Source: Alphaproteobacteria bacterium (lineage in GTDB: Bacteria > Pseudomonadota > Alphaproteobacteria > RF32 > CAG-239). From it: a DNA stretch of 64,000 nucleotides. Position numbers and translations under genes: made by a program. Numbering within the stretch: the stretch's first letter is position 1; every line of letters starts with the position of its first letter. The DNA lies in the NCBI GenBank assembly GCA_015062305.1, contig SUUX01000001.1, forward strand, positions 485-64,484, written 5' to 3'. The notes beneath the pieces were generated by a model. That model did not search any database, was not told where the DNA came from, and worked only from the letters and a program-made list of their open reading frames with translations. This document shows positions 41,030 to 48,693 of this stretch, piece by piece.

Positions 41030-41051
41030 ATAGCTAACAAATAGCTAACAG
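41030..41051 (+). repeat. tandem 11-bp repeat ATAGCTAACAA/ATAGCTAACAG (island left end)
   Basis: The same tandem pair recurs at 46670..46691 near the int promoter. Confidence 0.6.
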
Positions 41052-41321
41052 AATTTAGAAAAAAGATAGTGTTTTTTATTCTTTACTTTTTTGTTTTTTA
41101 TTTATAGAGTCGTAATTGGATGGGATGATAACCCGTCTGGGGTGTGGTAACCTCTTACTTGACGTCTATGTGTAAAGACGAAACTTTTGCACGCTTTCTA
41201 GTTAATGAGACTGGAAGGCGGCAAAATACGCTATTTCAGTCAATATGCTGCACTATTCAAGTATAGTTACCAACTTCCAGTCGCCTCTCATCATGGCGGC
41301 TTTTTTTATAAGGAGTTGAGA

Positions 41322-41822
41322 ATGAAAAAAAGTTTGTTAGTGCTATTATGTTGTTTTTTATCATCATGTAGCTTAGAAAGCCGGATTAATTGGGCTAAGT
41401 ACTCTATAAATGTTGAGCGAGATACATTTAAGAAAACATTATTGGTTTGCACGGATGAGTATAAAACAGATGATTATATTAATGGAAGAAGTCCGGCAAC
41501 TTATGCTTTTTGCTATTATGAAGATAAAAACAATAAACATATTTATTCTATTACTGGAAAATATGTTTTACATCAACCTTTACCTATTGAATTTAATGAA
41601 GCTATTGATAAAAATGGCAATCAATTAAAAATAAAATCCACAGATGATAGGCGTTTAGGTGCTACAATAAATAATTTTGCAGTTCAGATTGAAGATAAAT
41701 ATATTGAAAATGTGACTGAAAGTATAGATGTTAGAATTTATGGTAAATACTCTTATACGTTACATATTCCTTATATTGATATTTTGGCATTAAAAGAAAA
41801 AATTAAAGAGGAAAATTTATAA
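41322..41822 (+). CDS. hypothetical lipoprotein (island cargo)
   Basis: AGGAG RBS. Signal peptide with lipobox CFLSSC. No family recognised. Confidence 0.45.
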   Translation: MKKSLLVLLCCFLSSCSLESRINWAKYSINVERDTFKKTLLVCTDEYKTDDYINGRSPATYAFCYYEDKNNKHIYSITGKYVLHQPLPIEFNEAIDKNGNQLKIKSTDDRRLGATINNFAVQIEDKYIENVTESIDVRIYGKYSYTLHIPYIDILALKEKIKEENL

Positions 41823-41963
41823 TAATATAAGGTTGAACAAAATTTATCTTTGAGGGGATATTTTGTTCAACCTTATTATGTTTTTTTGTTAAAATTACAT
41901 GTATTTAATTGAACGTGTTTTTATTGTTTATTTTCAATGTGTTATACTATAAAAATAAAACAT

Positions 41964-42788
41964 TTATCTTGAACACTGTTCTACTATGTTCAAGTATTTT
42001 TTTGAACATTTTGAATAAAAAACTTTAACACGTTGAATTAGATTTTGACTTATAAATAATAAAGTTAAAGCTTCATCTTGATTTTTTGTTATATATTCAA
42101 ACCATCCAGTTGGAGATGAAATGTTTTCAAATTTTATAATATTCTTATTCATTGGATGTTGTTTATGTTTTTTATTAAAAGCAATTTCTTTGAATATTTT
42201 TTTTAATGTTTTTATTTTTTGTGCGTTAAAATTTATAATTCCATGTATATGAAATAAATGTAAGTTATCTTTTATTGTGGTAGTTTTATCAAACTCAATA
42301 ACAAATAACCATTGAGGGTTGCAGTTAAATACATATTTATATTTATTTCTAAAACTCTCGCTAATATAATTGGTTAGTGTTTTAGAGGATTTATAGGCGT
42401 TATAAATATATTTGGTGGAAAATCTTAGTGTAAAGGCAATAAATTCATTAGCAGGAGCAAAACGTAATATGCACATTAGTTTATCAGATTTGTTAAGATT
42501 TCTCCATAATGGTAATTTATTATAATTATATATATTACTAACTGAAGAAGGATTATCAAAAACAACCTTATGAATACAGTTAGTGATTTGATAACTATGA
42601 GTTCTTACATCATTTGTCATTATATGAATTTTTGGTTTTTTTGCGAGTGTTTTACAAAAAAAATTACTTGATGTTTCATTTTCGTTATGTATTATGGTTT
42701 TAGATGATTTATGAAAGTTGTCTATTTCTAAGGCTTGCTGTTGGTGCAAAACAAAGCAAGCCTTTTCTTTTATTGTTCTTTTATACAT
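41964..42788 (-). CDS. putative rolling-circle/HUH-type replication initiator (Rep-like)
   Basis: HUH-like motif LHLFHIHGII and a YxxK-type motif (EYITK) about 40 aa downstream. Positioned after alpA, as in satellite/PICI replication modules. Confidence 0.35.
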   Translation of the reverse strand: MYKRTIKEKACFVLHQQQALEIDNFHKSSKTIIHNENETSSNFFCKTLAKKPKIHIMTNDVRTHSYQITNCIHKVVFDNPSSVSNIYNYNKLPLWRNLNKSDKLMCILRFAPANEFIAFTLRFSTKYIYNAYKSSKTLTNYISESFRNKYKYVFNCNPQWLFVIEFDKTTTIKDNLHLFHIHGIINFNAQKIKTLKKIFKEIAFNKKHKQHPMNKNIIKFENISSPTGWFEYITKNQDEALTLLFISQNLIQRVKVFYSKCSKKYLNIVEQCSR

Positions 42789-43008
42789 ATTTTACAACCT
42801 CGCAACTATTAGAAATGGCTGTTGATATGCGAGAAATTGCCCATTCTTGTAATTCTTTTTCATCATATACAACTGTTTTATATCCAAACTTATGATATTT
42901 AGGACCACCGCCAGTGGTAGCGTACTTACCAAGAGTTTTAGGACTTATTGTTAATCCAAATGTTGTCTTTAAGAAAATACAGGCTTCAGGTCTTGTGTAA
43001 TATTTCAT
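42781..43008 (-). CDS. AlpA-family phage regulatory protein / excisionase-like
   Basis: YTRPEACIFLKTTFGLTISPKTLGKYATTGGGPKYHKFG..VVYDEKELQEW fits the AlpA HTH pattern. Confidence 0.55.
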   Translation of the reverse strand: MKYYTRPEACIFLKTTFGLTISPKTLGKYATTGGGPKYHKFGYKTVVYDEKELQEWAISRISTAISNSCEVVKYV

Positions 43009-43101
43009 AATTTATCCTTTCTTTGTTTTTATAAGTTTTACAAAGTAAGGAATAGTCTATTTTGAAGTAAAGCATAAGTTAGGAAAAAAAATATTTTTTT
43101 C

Positions 43102-43860
43102 TTATTTTTCGTACGCTTTTTCTTTTTTATTATGATAATGTCGATAATCTGCAGATAAATGTCTACATCTATCATTACAGTATTTTTTATTACTTCTATA
43201 TAAGAAAAATTTATTACAACTATGACGTTCACATTGTTTTAAAATATGATTGTTTTCTAAATGTTTAAAAAATGTTTCGATAATGTTTAATAGTAAATGT
43301 TTACTTAAAGTGTCTTTTCTTGATGCCAAAATTTTTTGTATTTTAGGAAACAATGTATTTGCTGTTTTATCTTGGGGTTTAGACGAGTTTAAAATGTCAT
43401 TAAATATTTTTCCTAATTTTCCAATAGATATTGCTAATCCTATTGAGTAACTTCCATCAATAGCTTGATATTTAAGTAAATTATAAATTTGCTTATCAAG
43501 AGTATTAATTATTTCTCCCATTATTTGAATATTTTTAAAATTTGTTAGTAATTGACATATAAAAAAATAGGGAAAAATGTTATTTTCGTTTTGTATTCTA
43601 AATTTTAGATAATAGGAACGTTCTCTTTTAGTGTAGTCATCAGGAAAAAAACTTTTTTCTTCATCTGCATTAAAATTTTTAGATAATGAACATTTTATTG
43701 GATGTTTAACATAAGACATTGTCACAAACTCTAGAGTAACATTATATTTTATATTATTTTCATCTAACATTTCTGCAGATACAATATCCTTAAAAAGATA
43801 TATTCGGTTTGTATCTTGTTTTATAAGGTGGTTTTTTTTGTAAGCAACTATGTCATTCAT
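43102..43860 (-). CDS. hypothetical protein with C-terminal CGNR-type zinc-finger-like motif
   Basis: C-terminus CERHSCNKFFLYRSNKKYCNDRCRHLSADYRH resembles zf-CGNR (C..C..F.D.S.....WCS..CGNR). N-terminal 200 aa unassigned. Confidence 0.35.
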   Translation of the reverse strand: MNDIVAYKKNHLIKQDTNRIYLFKDIVSAEMLDENNIKYNVTLEFVTMSYVKHPIKCSLSKNFNADEEKSFFPDDYTKRERSYYLKFRIQNENNIFPYFFICQLLTNFKNIQIMGEIINTLDKQIYNLLKYQAIDGSYSIGLAISIGKLGKIFNDILNSSKPQDKTANTLFPKIQKILASRKDTLSKHLLLNIIETFFKHLENNHILKQCERHSCNKFFLYRSNKKYCNDRCRHLSADYRHYHNKKEKAYEK

Positions 43861-43862
43861 GA

Positions 43863-45371
43863 TTATCTCTTTGAATGCGTTTTTTTACAGTTTGGGGTAA
43901 ATGATAATTTTGCATATTGATAATTAATGGTGTTGCAAATAACATCTTTAATTCCTGTAGCATATCGTAAATCAGCGCCTTTGATGTCGGCATTGGTTAA
44001 AATTGCATTTGAAAAGTTGCTACATCTAAAATCTGCATTTTGTAAGTTTGCATTGGTAAAATTAGAATTGCTAAAATTAATATTAGAAGCTTGTATTTTT
44101 TTCAAATTACCATTTATAAATCGTTTATTAGTGTATTTACTTATTTGTTCTTTTTCGCAAATTCCACTCCATGTATTAAAAGAAATATTCTCAAGTGTTA
44201 TATTGCTTAGATGATAATTAGAAAAGTATATTGTGATAATAACAATATATATTGGTAAAATGGAATTCATTTTTGTTTTTTGGGGTATAAAGTGATATGA
44301 TAAAACACTTGTCACAACAATAAATAAGCTTAACATCCAAGTGGGTTTGTTAAATGATAAGAGTTTTGTTATGTTTGTACCAATATTGTTTATATCAATA
44401 AAAGTAGCTAAGGCTAATATTAACAATATTGAGGTTATAGGATGTATAGTATTTCCTGAGTGATTTATTTTGAATATAAAGAATACACCTAAAATCATTT
44501 GAAGTTCGTTTTCACTTAAATTTAAAAATGCAATATCAAAAAAGTATATGTGTAATATTCTGCTTAAGAATAGATATAAACAAATAAAGTCTAAGAATCG
44601 AAATAAAGCTATAGTGTGATTAGTTATTTCATTATAATCCAATTTTAAATTTTTATCCATATTTTGACTTTTGATATTACTAATTGGAAGTAATCCTTTA
44701 AAGTCTATTTGAAGTTCAGTTATCCATCTTAATAAAAAATACTTACTTAAAACGGTTGAAATTCTTTCACCATCTGGAAATATTACGGGTAAAGTTCTTA
44801 TCATTGCCATTATTTCGAGAGTTAATGGTATTAAAAATTTATCTAAGGCAAATACTATTATAATTCCAAAACATAAAAATGTTGTATAAGATACCATTCC
44901 TGTTAAATCAAAGAATGGATTTGGAATATTTATTTTTGTTCCTAAGAAAAAATCAGAATATGAGGCACTTAGTGCAAATAATATGTAGTAAATACAAATG
45001 ATACAGTAGAGAAGTGAGATTATTTTGTATTTTGAACTATGGTCGTTAATATATTCTATTTTTTGAGAATAAGAAAAAGGTAGTTTTGTTCCGTATAAAT
45101 TTGAAAAGCCAAAAGCATTAATACTAAGGTATTGAGCATTAATAAAATTACATTTTTGGATAATTGAATTTTCAAATTTTGTATTTGTGAGGTCACAGTT
45201 AGAAAAATCACAATTTTCAAATATACTATTATTTAAGTTCATATTAGATAAACAATCTTTTGTAAAAGAGCAATTTACTAATTTTAATTGTTTTCCAGTA
45301 ATGTTATTTGTAAGCCAATCAGAATGATTCTTATATAACTTTTCAAATTCTTTTTTGTTTATTTTTTTCAT
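43863..45371 (-). CDS. pentapeptide-repeat / polytopic membrane / pentapeptide-repeat protein
   Basis: N-terminal pentapeptide repeats (NCSFTKDCLSNMNLNNSIFENCDFSNCDLTNTKFENS), about 8 TM helices, then C-terminal repeats (ASNINFSNSNFTNANLQNADFRCSNFSNAILTNADIKGADL). Very AT-rich. Confidence 0.55.
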   Translation of the reverse strand: MKKINKKEFEKLYKNHSDWLTNNITGKQLKLVNCSFTKDCLSNMNLNNSIFENCDFSNCDLTNTKFENSIIQKCNFINAQYLSINAFGFSNLYGTKLPFSYSQKIEYINDHSSKYKIISLLYCIICIYYILFALSASYSDFFLGTKINIPNPFFDLTGMVSYTTFLCFGIIIVFALDKFLIPLTLEIMAMIRTLPVIFPDGERISTVLSKYFLLRWITELQIDFKGLLPISNIKSQNMDKNLKLDYNEITNHTIALFRFLDFICLYLFLSRILHIYFFDIAFLNLSENELQMILGVFFIFKINHSGNTIHPITSILLILALATFIDINNIGTNITKLLSFNKPTWMLSLFIVVTSVLSYHFIPQKTKMNSILPIYIVIITIYFSNYHLSNITLENISFNTWSGICEKEQISKYTNKRFINGNLKKIQASNINFSNSNFTNANLQNADFRCSNFSNAILTNADIKGADLRYATGIKDVICNTINYQYAKLSFTPNCKKTHSKR

Positions 45372-45375
45372 TTTA

Positions 45376-46635
45376 TTAAACCTCTAAAGCTTCTGCGATT
45401 TTTTTTGATATGGCATCGGCGGCATAAACTAGGCTTGCATCAACACTGTGACTGTAGCGGTTAGTTACGCCACCAAGTTTATGACCTAATAGTCCGGCAA
45501 TGGTTAATTCATTATAATTCATATCAGCGCCGACGCTTGCAAAACTATGTCTTAATGTGTGAAGGCATATATCTTTACTAATAAAGGGTGTTTTTTCTTG
45601 TTCTGGATGTTCATTTTTATAATCGGTAGGCAAACGATATATTTTATTAAAGATTTTTAATAAGCTAATAAGGTGTCCTGAGCCTCTAGTTGCCGGAAAT
45701 ACCCAATCATAATTATTATTTTGTTCTTTTATTTCTTCTAATAGTTTTTTTGCAGAGTATCCAAAAGGTCTTATTTGCGCTCCTGTTTTGGTGTCAGGAA
45801 AACGAAAACACTGATTTTTAAAGTCTACATAATCCCATTTGAGAGTTAATATCTCATTTTTTCTACAACCTGTTAATATTAAAAGTTTTAAGGCATTTAT
45901 AGCGGTGGTGCTACATAAATGCAATTCTTCAGCCGCTGTCAATGCCTTTCCAAATAATTTAATTTCATCAATAGTTAAAAATTCTTCTCTTTTGTTAGTT
46001 TTAGGCTTTTTTATTCCTAAAGCAGGATTCTCATTAATATAACCTCTTAATTTTGCAAAGGATAAAATACTACTGAGCATTTCAAGCGTACGCTTAGCAA
46101 TAGATTTTCCACCTTTTACATTTATAACACCTCTTTTTTTTGAGCTTTTAGCTATATATGCTGTGTCACCTTTAATAATAGATAATACCATTTTATCTAT
46201 ATGTTCTTTTTGTAGTTCTTTAACCGCCATGTTTCCTATTAATGGCTTAATATGGCGTTCTATTCTGCTTCTATCGTTTATTATAGTTGAATTTTTTTTA
46301 TTGTAAGTTGCTTCATCCATATAAATTTCGCATAGTTCAGTTATAGTAATAGCTTTTTTATTACCTGTTTTTTCTAATGCAGGGTCACCATGATTTAAGG
46401 TTATATCTGCTAATGTTTTTTGAGCTTTTTCTCTTGCCTGTTCAGGAGTTATTTTTCCAACTTTTCCTAATGTAAACATTTTTTGTTTACCAAATTGGTT
46501 TCTATACATAATTACCCAAGATTTACTTTTGGGTTGAATTCGTATACCAAAACCTTTTAAACTATCATCCCAAAATGTCTTTCCTATGTCTTTTTCTGTT
46601 ATTTTATCTATAAAACTTTTGTTTATTTTTACCAT
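45376..46635 (-). CDS. tyrosine-type site-specific integrase (P4-like, N-terminal arm-binding DUF4102-like)
   Basis: N-terminus ...KGFGIRIQPKSKSWVIMYR.. and C-terminal catalytic HTLRHSFAS...LLGHKLGGVTNRYSH (R..H..R..Y). Confidence 0.9.
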   Translation of the reverse strand: MVKINKSFIDKITEKDIGKTFWDDSLKGFGIRIQPKSKSWVIMYRNQFGKQKMFTLGKVGKITPEQAREKAQKTLADITLNHGDPALEKTGNKKAITITELCEIYMDEATYNKKNSTIINDRSRIERHIKPLIGNMAVKELQKEHIDKMVLSIIKGDTAYIAKSSKKRGVINVKGGKSIAKRTLEMLSSILSFAKLRGYINENPALGIKKPKTNKREEFLTIDEIKLFGKALTAAEELHLCSTTAINALKLLILTGCRKNEILTLKWDYVDFKNQCFRFPDTKTGAQIRPFGYSAKKLLEEIKEQNNNYDWVFPATRGSGHLISLLKIFNKIYRLPTDYKNEHPEQEKTPFISKDICLHTLRHSFASVGADMNYNELTIAGLLGHKLGGVTNRYSHSVDASLVYAADAISKKIAEALEV

Positions 46636-46669
46636 AATACTAGTGTTTCCAATGCTTGTAGATTAAAAA

Positions 46670-46691
46670 ATAGCTAACAAATAGCTAACAA
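46670..46691 (+). repeat. tandem 11-bp repeat ATAGCTAACAA x2 (island right end, 35 bp upstream of int start)
   Basis: Matches the tandem pair at 41030..41051. Confidence 0.6.
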
Positions 46692-46825
46692 ACTAGGGTA
46701 ATTTATGGTAAAAGTTATAATTGATTTTATTTTTAAAGTAAAGTATATTATTTTGTAAAAACAAATATATGAGTACAAAATAATCATTTATAAATCACCA
46801 TAAAAATATAGTAAAAAATATGGTT

Positions 46826-46881
46826 TCTCGTTTACACCGAGAGGGTCGGGAGTTCGAACCTCTCAGCGCCCACCAATTAGA
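46826..46881 (+). repeat. attR: 56 bp direct repeat of the tRNA-Val 3' end
   Basis: Exact copy of 40914..40969. Confidence 0.8.
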
Positions 46882-46882
46882 T

Positions 46883-46917
46883 AGAGTTTCGAATGATATT
46901 CGGAACTCTTTTTTTTT
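46883..46917 (+). terminator. displaced native tRNA-Val terminator
   Basis: agagtttcg aatgatatt cggaactct stem followed by ttttttttt. Confidence 0.55.
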
Positions 46918-47022
46918 ATGATTTTTTTGTTCGAACTCCCGGGAAGGGAGTTTGGGCTGAACTTTTAGGCAGACGGGAGTATGCCGGTGGCAAAGCCAAA
47001 AAGTGAAGCAGGCGAAGCCAGC

Positions 47023-47042
47023 CTCTCAGCGCCCACCAATTA
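47023..47042 (+). repeat. second partial att copy (20 bp of tRNA-Val 3' end)
   Basis: ctctcagcgcccaccaatta. Confidence 0.6.
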
Positions 47043-47045
47043 AAA

Positions 47046-47082
47046 GAACACCCTTAGAGAAATTCTAAGGGTGTTCTTTTTG
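47046..47082 (+). terminator. rho-independent terminator
   Basis: gaacacccttaga gaaatt tctaagggtgttc stem followed by tttttg. Confidence 0.6.
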
Positions 47083-47106
47083 TTGATATGGGACTTGAGT
47101 AGCCTG

Positions 47107-47160
47107 TTCAGCGCTCACCAATTAAATAGAATTTCAGATGATATTCGGAACTCTTTTTTT
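47107..47160 (+). repeat. third, degenerate copy of att 3' end plus terminator
   Basis: ttcagcgctcaccaattaaatagaatttcagatgatattcggaactcttttttt is a diverged duplicate of 46863..46917. Confidence 0.55.
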
Positions 47161-47293
47161 TGCATAATATATACATTTTATCAGATTTTTGAGTTCTTGA
47201 AAAAGATATGAATGTTTATTACTTATTTTTTATATACTTTTGTAACTTGAACTAATCTTTGTACTATGTGTGAAAACAAGGATTGGAGTTGCT

Positions 47294-47725
47294 ATGATGA
47301 AGGTGTATTGTGATTCTAGTTTTGATGATAGGAGAGGCATTGCCGGAATTGGGGTAACAATTGTGGATGGAGAAAAAAGACGAACTTATTCTTCTTGGAT
47401 TAGAGCCAGAAGTAATAATGAGGGAGAATTGTTTGCAATCCACTTGGCAAGTATTTTGAGTGAAGGACGAGGGATTATATATACAGATTCTCAATGCGCA
47501 TTGACTTATATTAGTGGTTTGGTGCAAGACAAGCCCAGAACAAGAGAACAGTATTTGAACCACAAACATTGTGAATATTGGGCGAAGCAAATTAGGCGCA
47601 GAGGTGTGTCGGCAGAAAAAATAAAAGCACATCAAAAAACTTTTCAGGTTCATTCTATAGGGAACAGAATGGCTGATTTGTTGGCAAATGAAGGCAGAGC
47701 AAAGTTTTATGAACGCTTGCATTAA
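47294..47725 (+). CDS. rnhA: ribonuclease HI-type RNase H domain protein
   Basis: D/E/D/H/D motifs in order (VYCDSS, NNEGELFA, IYTDSQ, KAHQ, GNRMADLLA). Confidence 0.65.
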   Translation: MMKVYCDSSFDDRRGIAGIGVTIVDGEKRRTYSSWIRARSNNEGELFAIHLASILSEGRGIIYTDSQCALTYISGLVQDKPRTREQYLNHKHCEYWAKQIRRRGVSAEKIKAHQKTFQVHSIGNRMADLLANEGRAKFYERLH

Positions 47726-47727
47726 AA

Positions 47728-47757
47728 AATCCAAAGTCATGAGACTTTGGATTTTTT
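47728..47757. terminator. bidirectional terminator
   Basis: aatccaaagtc atga gactttggatt stem followed by tttttt. Confidence 0.6.
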
Positions 47758-47772
47758 TGACCGGTAATTGTT

Positions 47773-48249
47773 TTATTCGTAAGAAACGGTGATGGTTTTG
47801 TCTTCATTGATGATGAACTCTTGGCATGTTTTGTAATAAGATGGATTATTTTTTACGAGATGCTTGAATTCATCTATTGAAATAGCTGTCAGAGGCTTGC
47901 CATCTGTAGAAAATTTCTGCCAAAAAGAAGCTTCTTCTTTGTACAGACATAAGACGAAAATCTCTTTATCCATATTAAAGTAGATGTTCTCAATGTGCAA
48001 AGAATACTCCATATCGGGACACTCCAACAAAGGCAATACTTTGTTTATTAGCAAATTGTGCATTGGGTTGAGAGTGTAACATGGAGGCAATGTCATAGAT
48101 TCCAGTTCTACAGGAGGTTTTTGAATTTCTTTTGTAGCGGTTTCGGTGACGGCAGAAGTTTTGTGTTTTTGCTTGTTTCTATTAAATATTCCAAATCCGG
48201 CTAATAGCACCATCATAATGATGCAAATTACAATAATCAAACTTTCCAT
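47773..48249 (-). CDS. hypothetical membrane-anchored protein
   Basis: 158 aa with an N-terminal TM segment. No family recognised. Confidence 0.4.
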   Translation of the reverse strand: MESLIIVICIIMMVLLAGFGIFNRNKQKHKTSAVTETATKEIQKPPVELESMTLPPCYTLNPMHNLLINKVLPLLECPDMEYSLHIENIYFNMDKEIFVLCLYKEEASFWQKFSTDGKPLTAISIDEFKHLVKNNPSYYKTCQEFIINEDKTITVSYE

Positions 48250-48395
48250 AGTAATTGTGTTTTTTTGTTAATAATAAAATTTTGTCACATATTATGTCTA
48301 ATAAAATAAAATGTCAAGATATAAGTCGTTTGTAGTTGATAATGAAAAAAATGTATGTTATCTTGAATTAGATTTGTTTTTTGGGGAGAAAAAAT

Positions 48396-48644
48396 ATGGA
48401 AACTAAAGTTGCTGTCATCGCTATTATCGTAGAAAATAGAGATTCTGCTGAAAGTTTGAATGCAATTTTGAGTGAATATGGTGAATATATCATAGGGCGC
48501 ATGGGGATTCCATATAAGGCTAAAAAAATTAATATTATCAGTGTGGTTGTGGATGCACCGCATGATGTGATTAGTGCTATGGCCGGAAAAATCGGAAATT
48601 TGCAAGATGTTACTGTTAAAACGGCTTATTCCGGTTGCAATTAA
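48396..48644 (+). CDS. TM1266-family small protein (putative [FeFe]-hydrogenase system regulator)
   Basis: VAVIAIIVENRDSAESLNAILSEYGEYIIGRMGIPY...VISAMAGKIGNLQDVTVKT fits the TM1266 pattern. GGGGAG RBS. Confidence 0.6.
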   Translation: METKVAVIAIIVENRDSAESLNAILSEYGEYIIGRMGIPYKAKKINIISVVVDAPHDVISAMAGKIGNLQDVTVKTAYSGCN

Positions 48645-48693
48645 TTAAATATATTTAACTGACGGGAAAGAGTAATCTGACCCAAAAGATGAG

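Larger units (their letters stand above)
40914..46881. mobile_element. about 5.9 kb integrative island (satellite/PICI-like) inserted at the 3' end of tRNA-Val
   Basis: Bounded by 56 bp direct repeats. Carries a P4-type tyrosine integrase, AlpA-like excisionase, HUH Rep-like gene and cargo genes. Visibly more AT-rich than the flanks. Confidence 0.75.

Noticed and set aside
46918-47022. tRNA-like fragment (…ctcagcgcccacca 3' end) considered as an additional tRNA gene
   Set aside because: No complete cloverleaf can be drawn. Only the T-arm and acceptor-like pieces are present, consistent with an att remnant.
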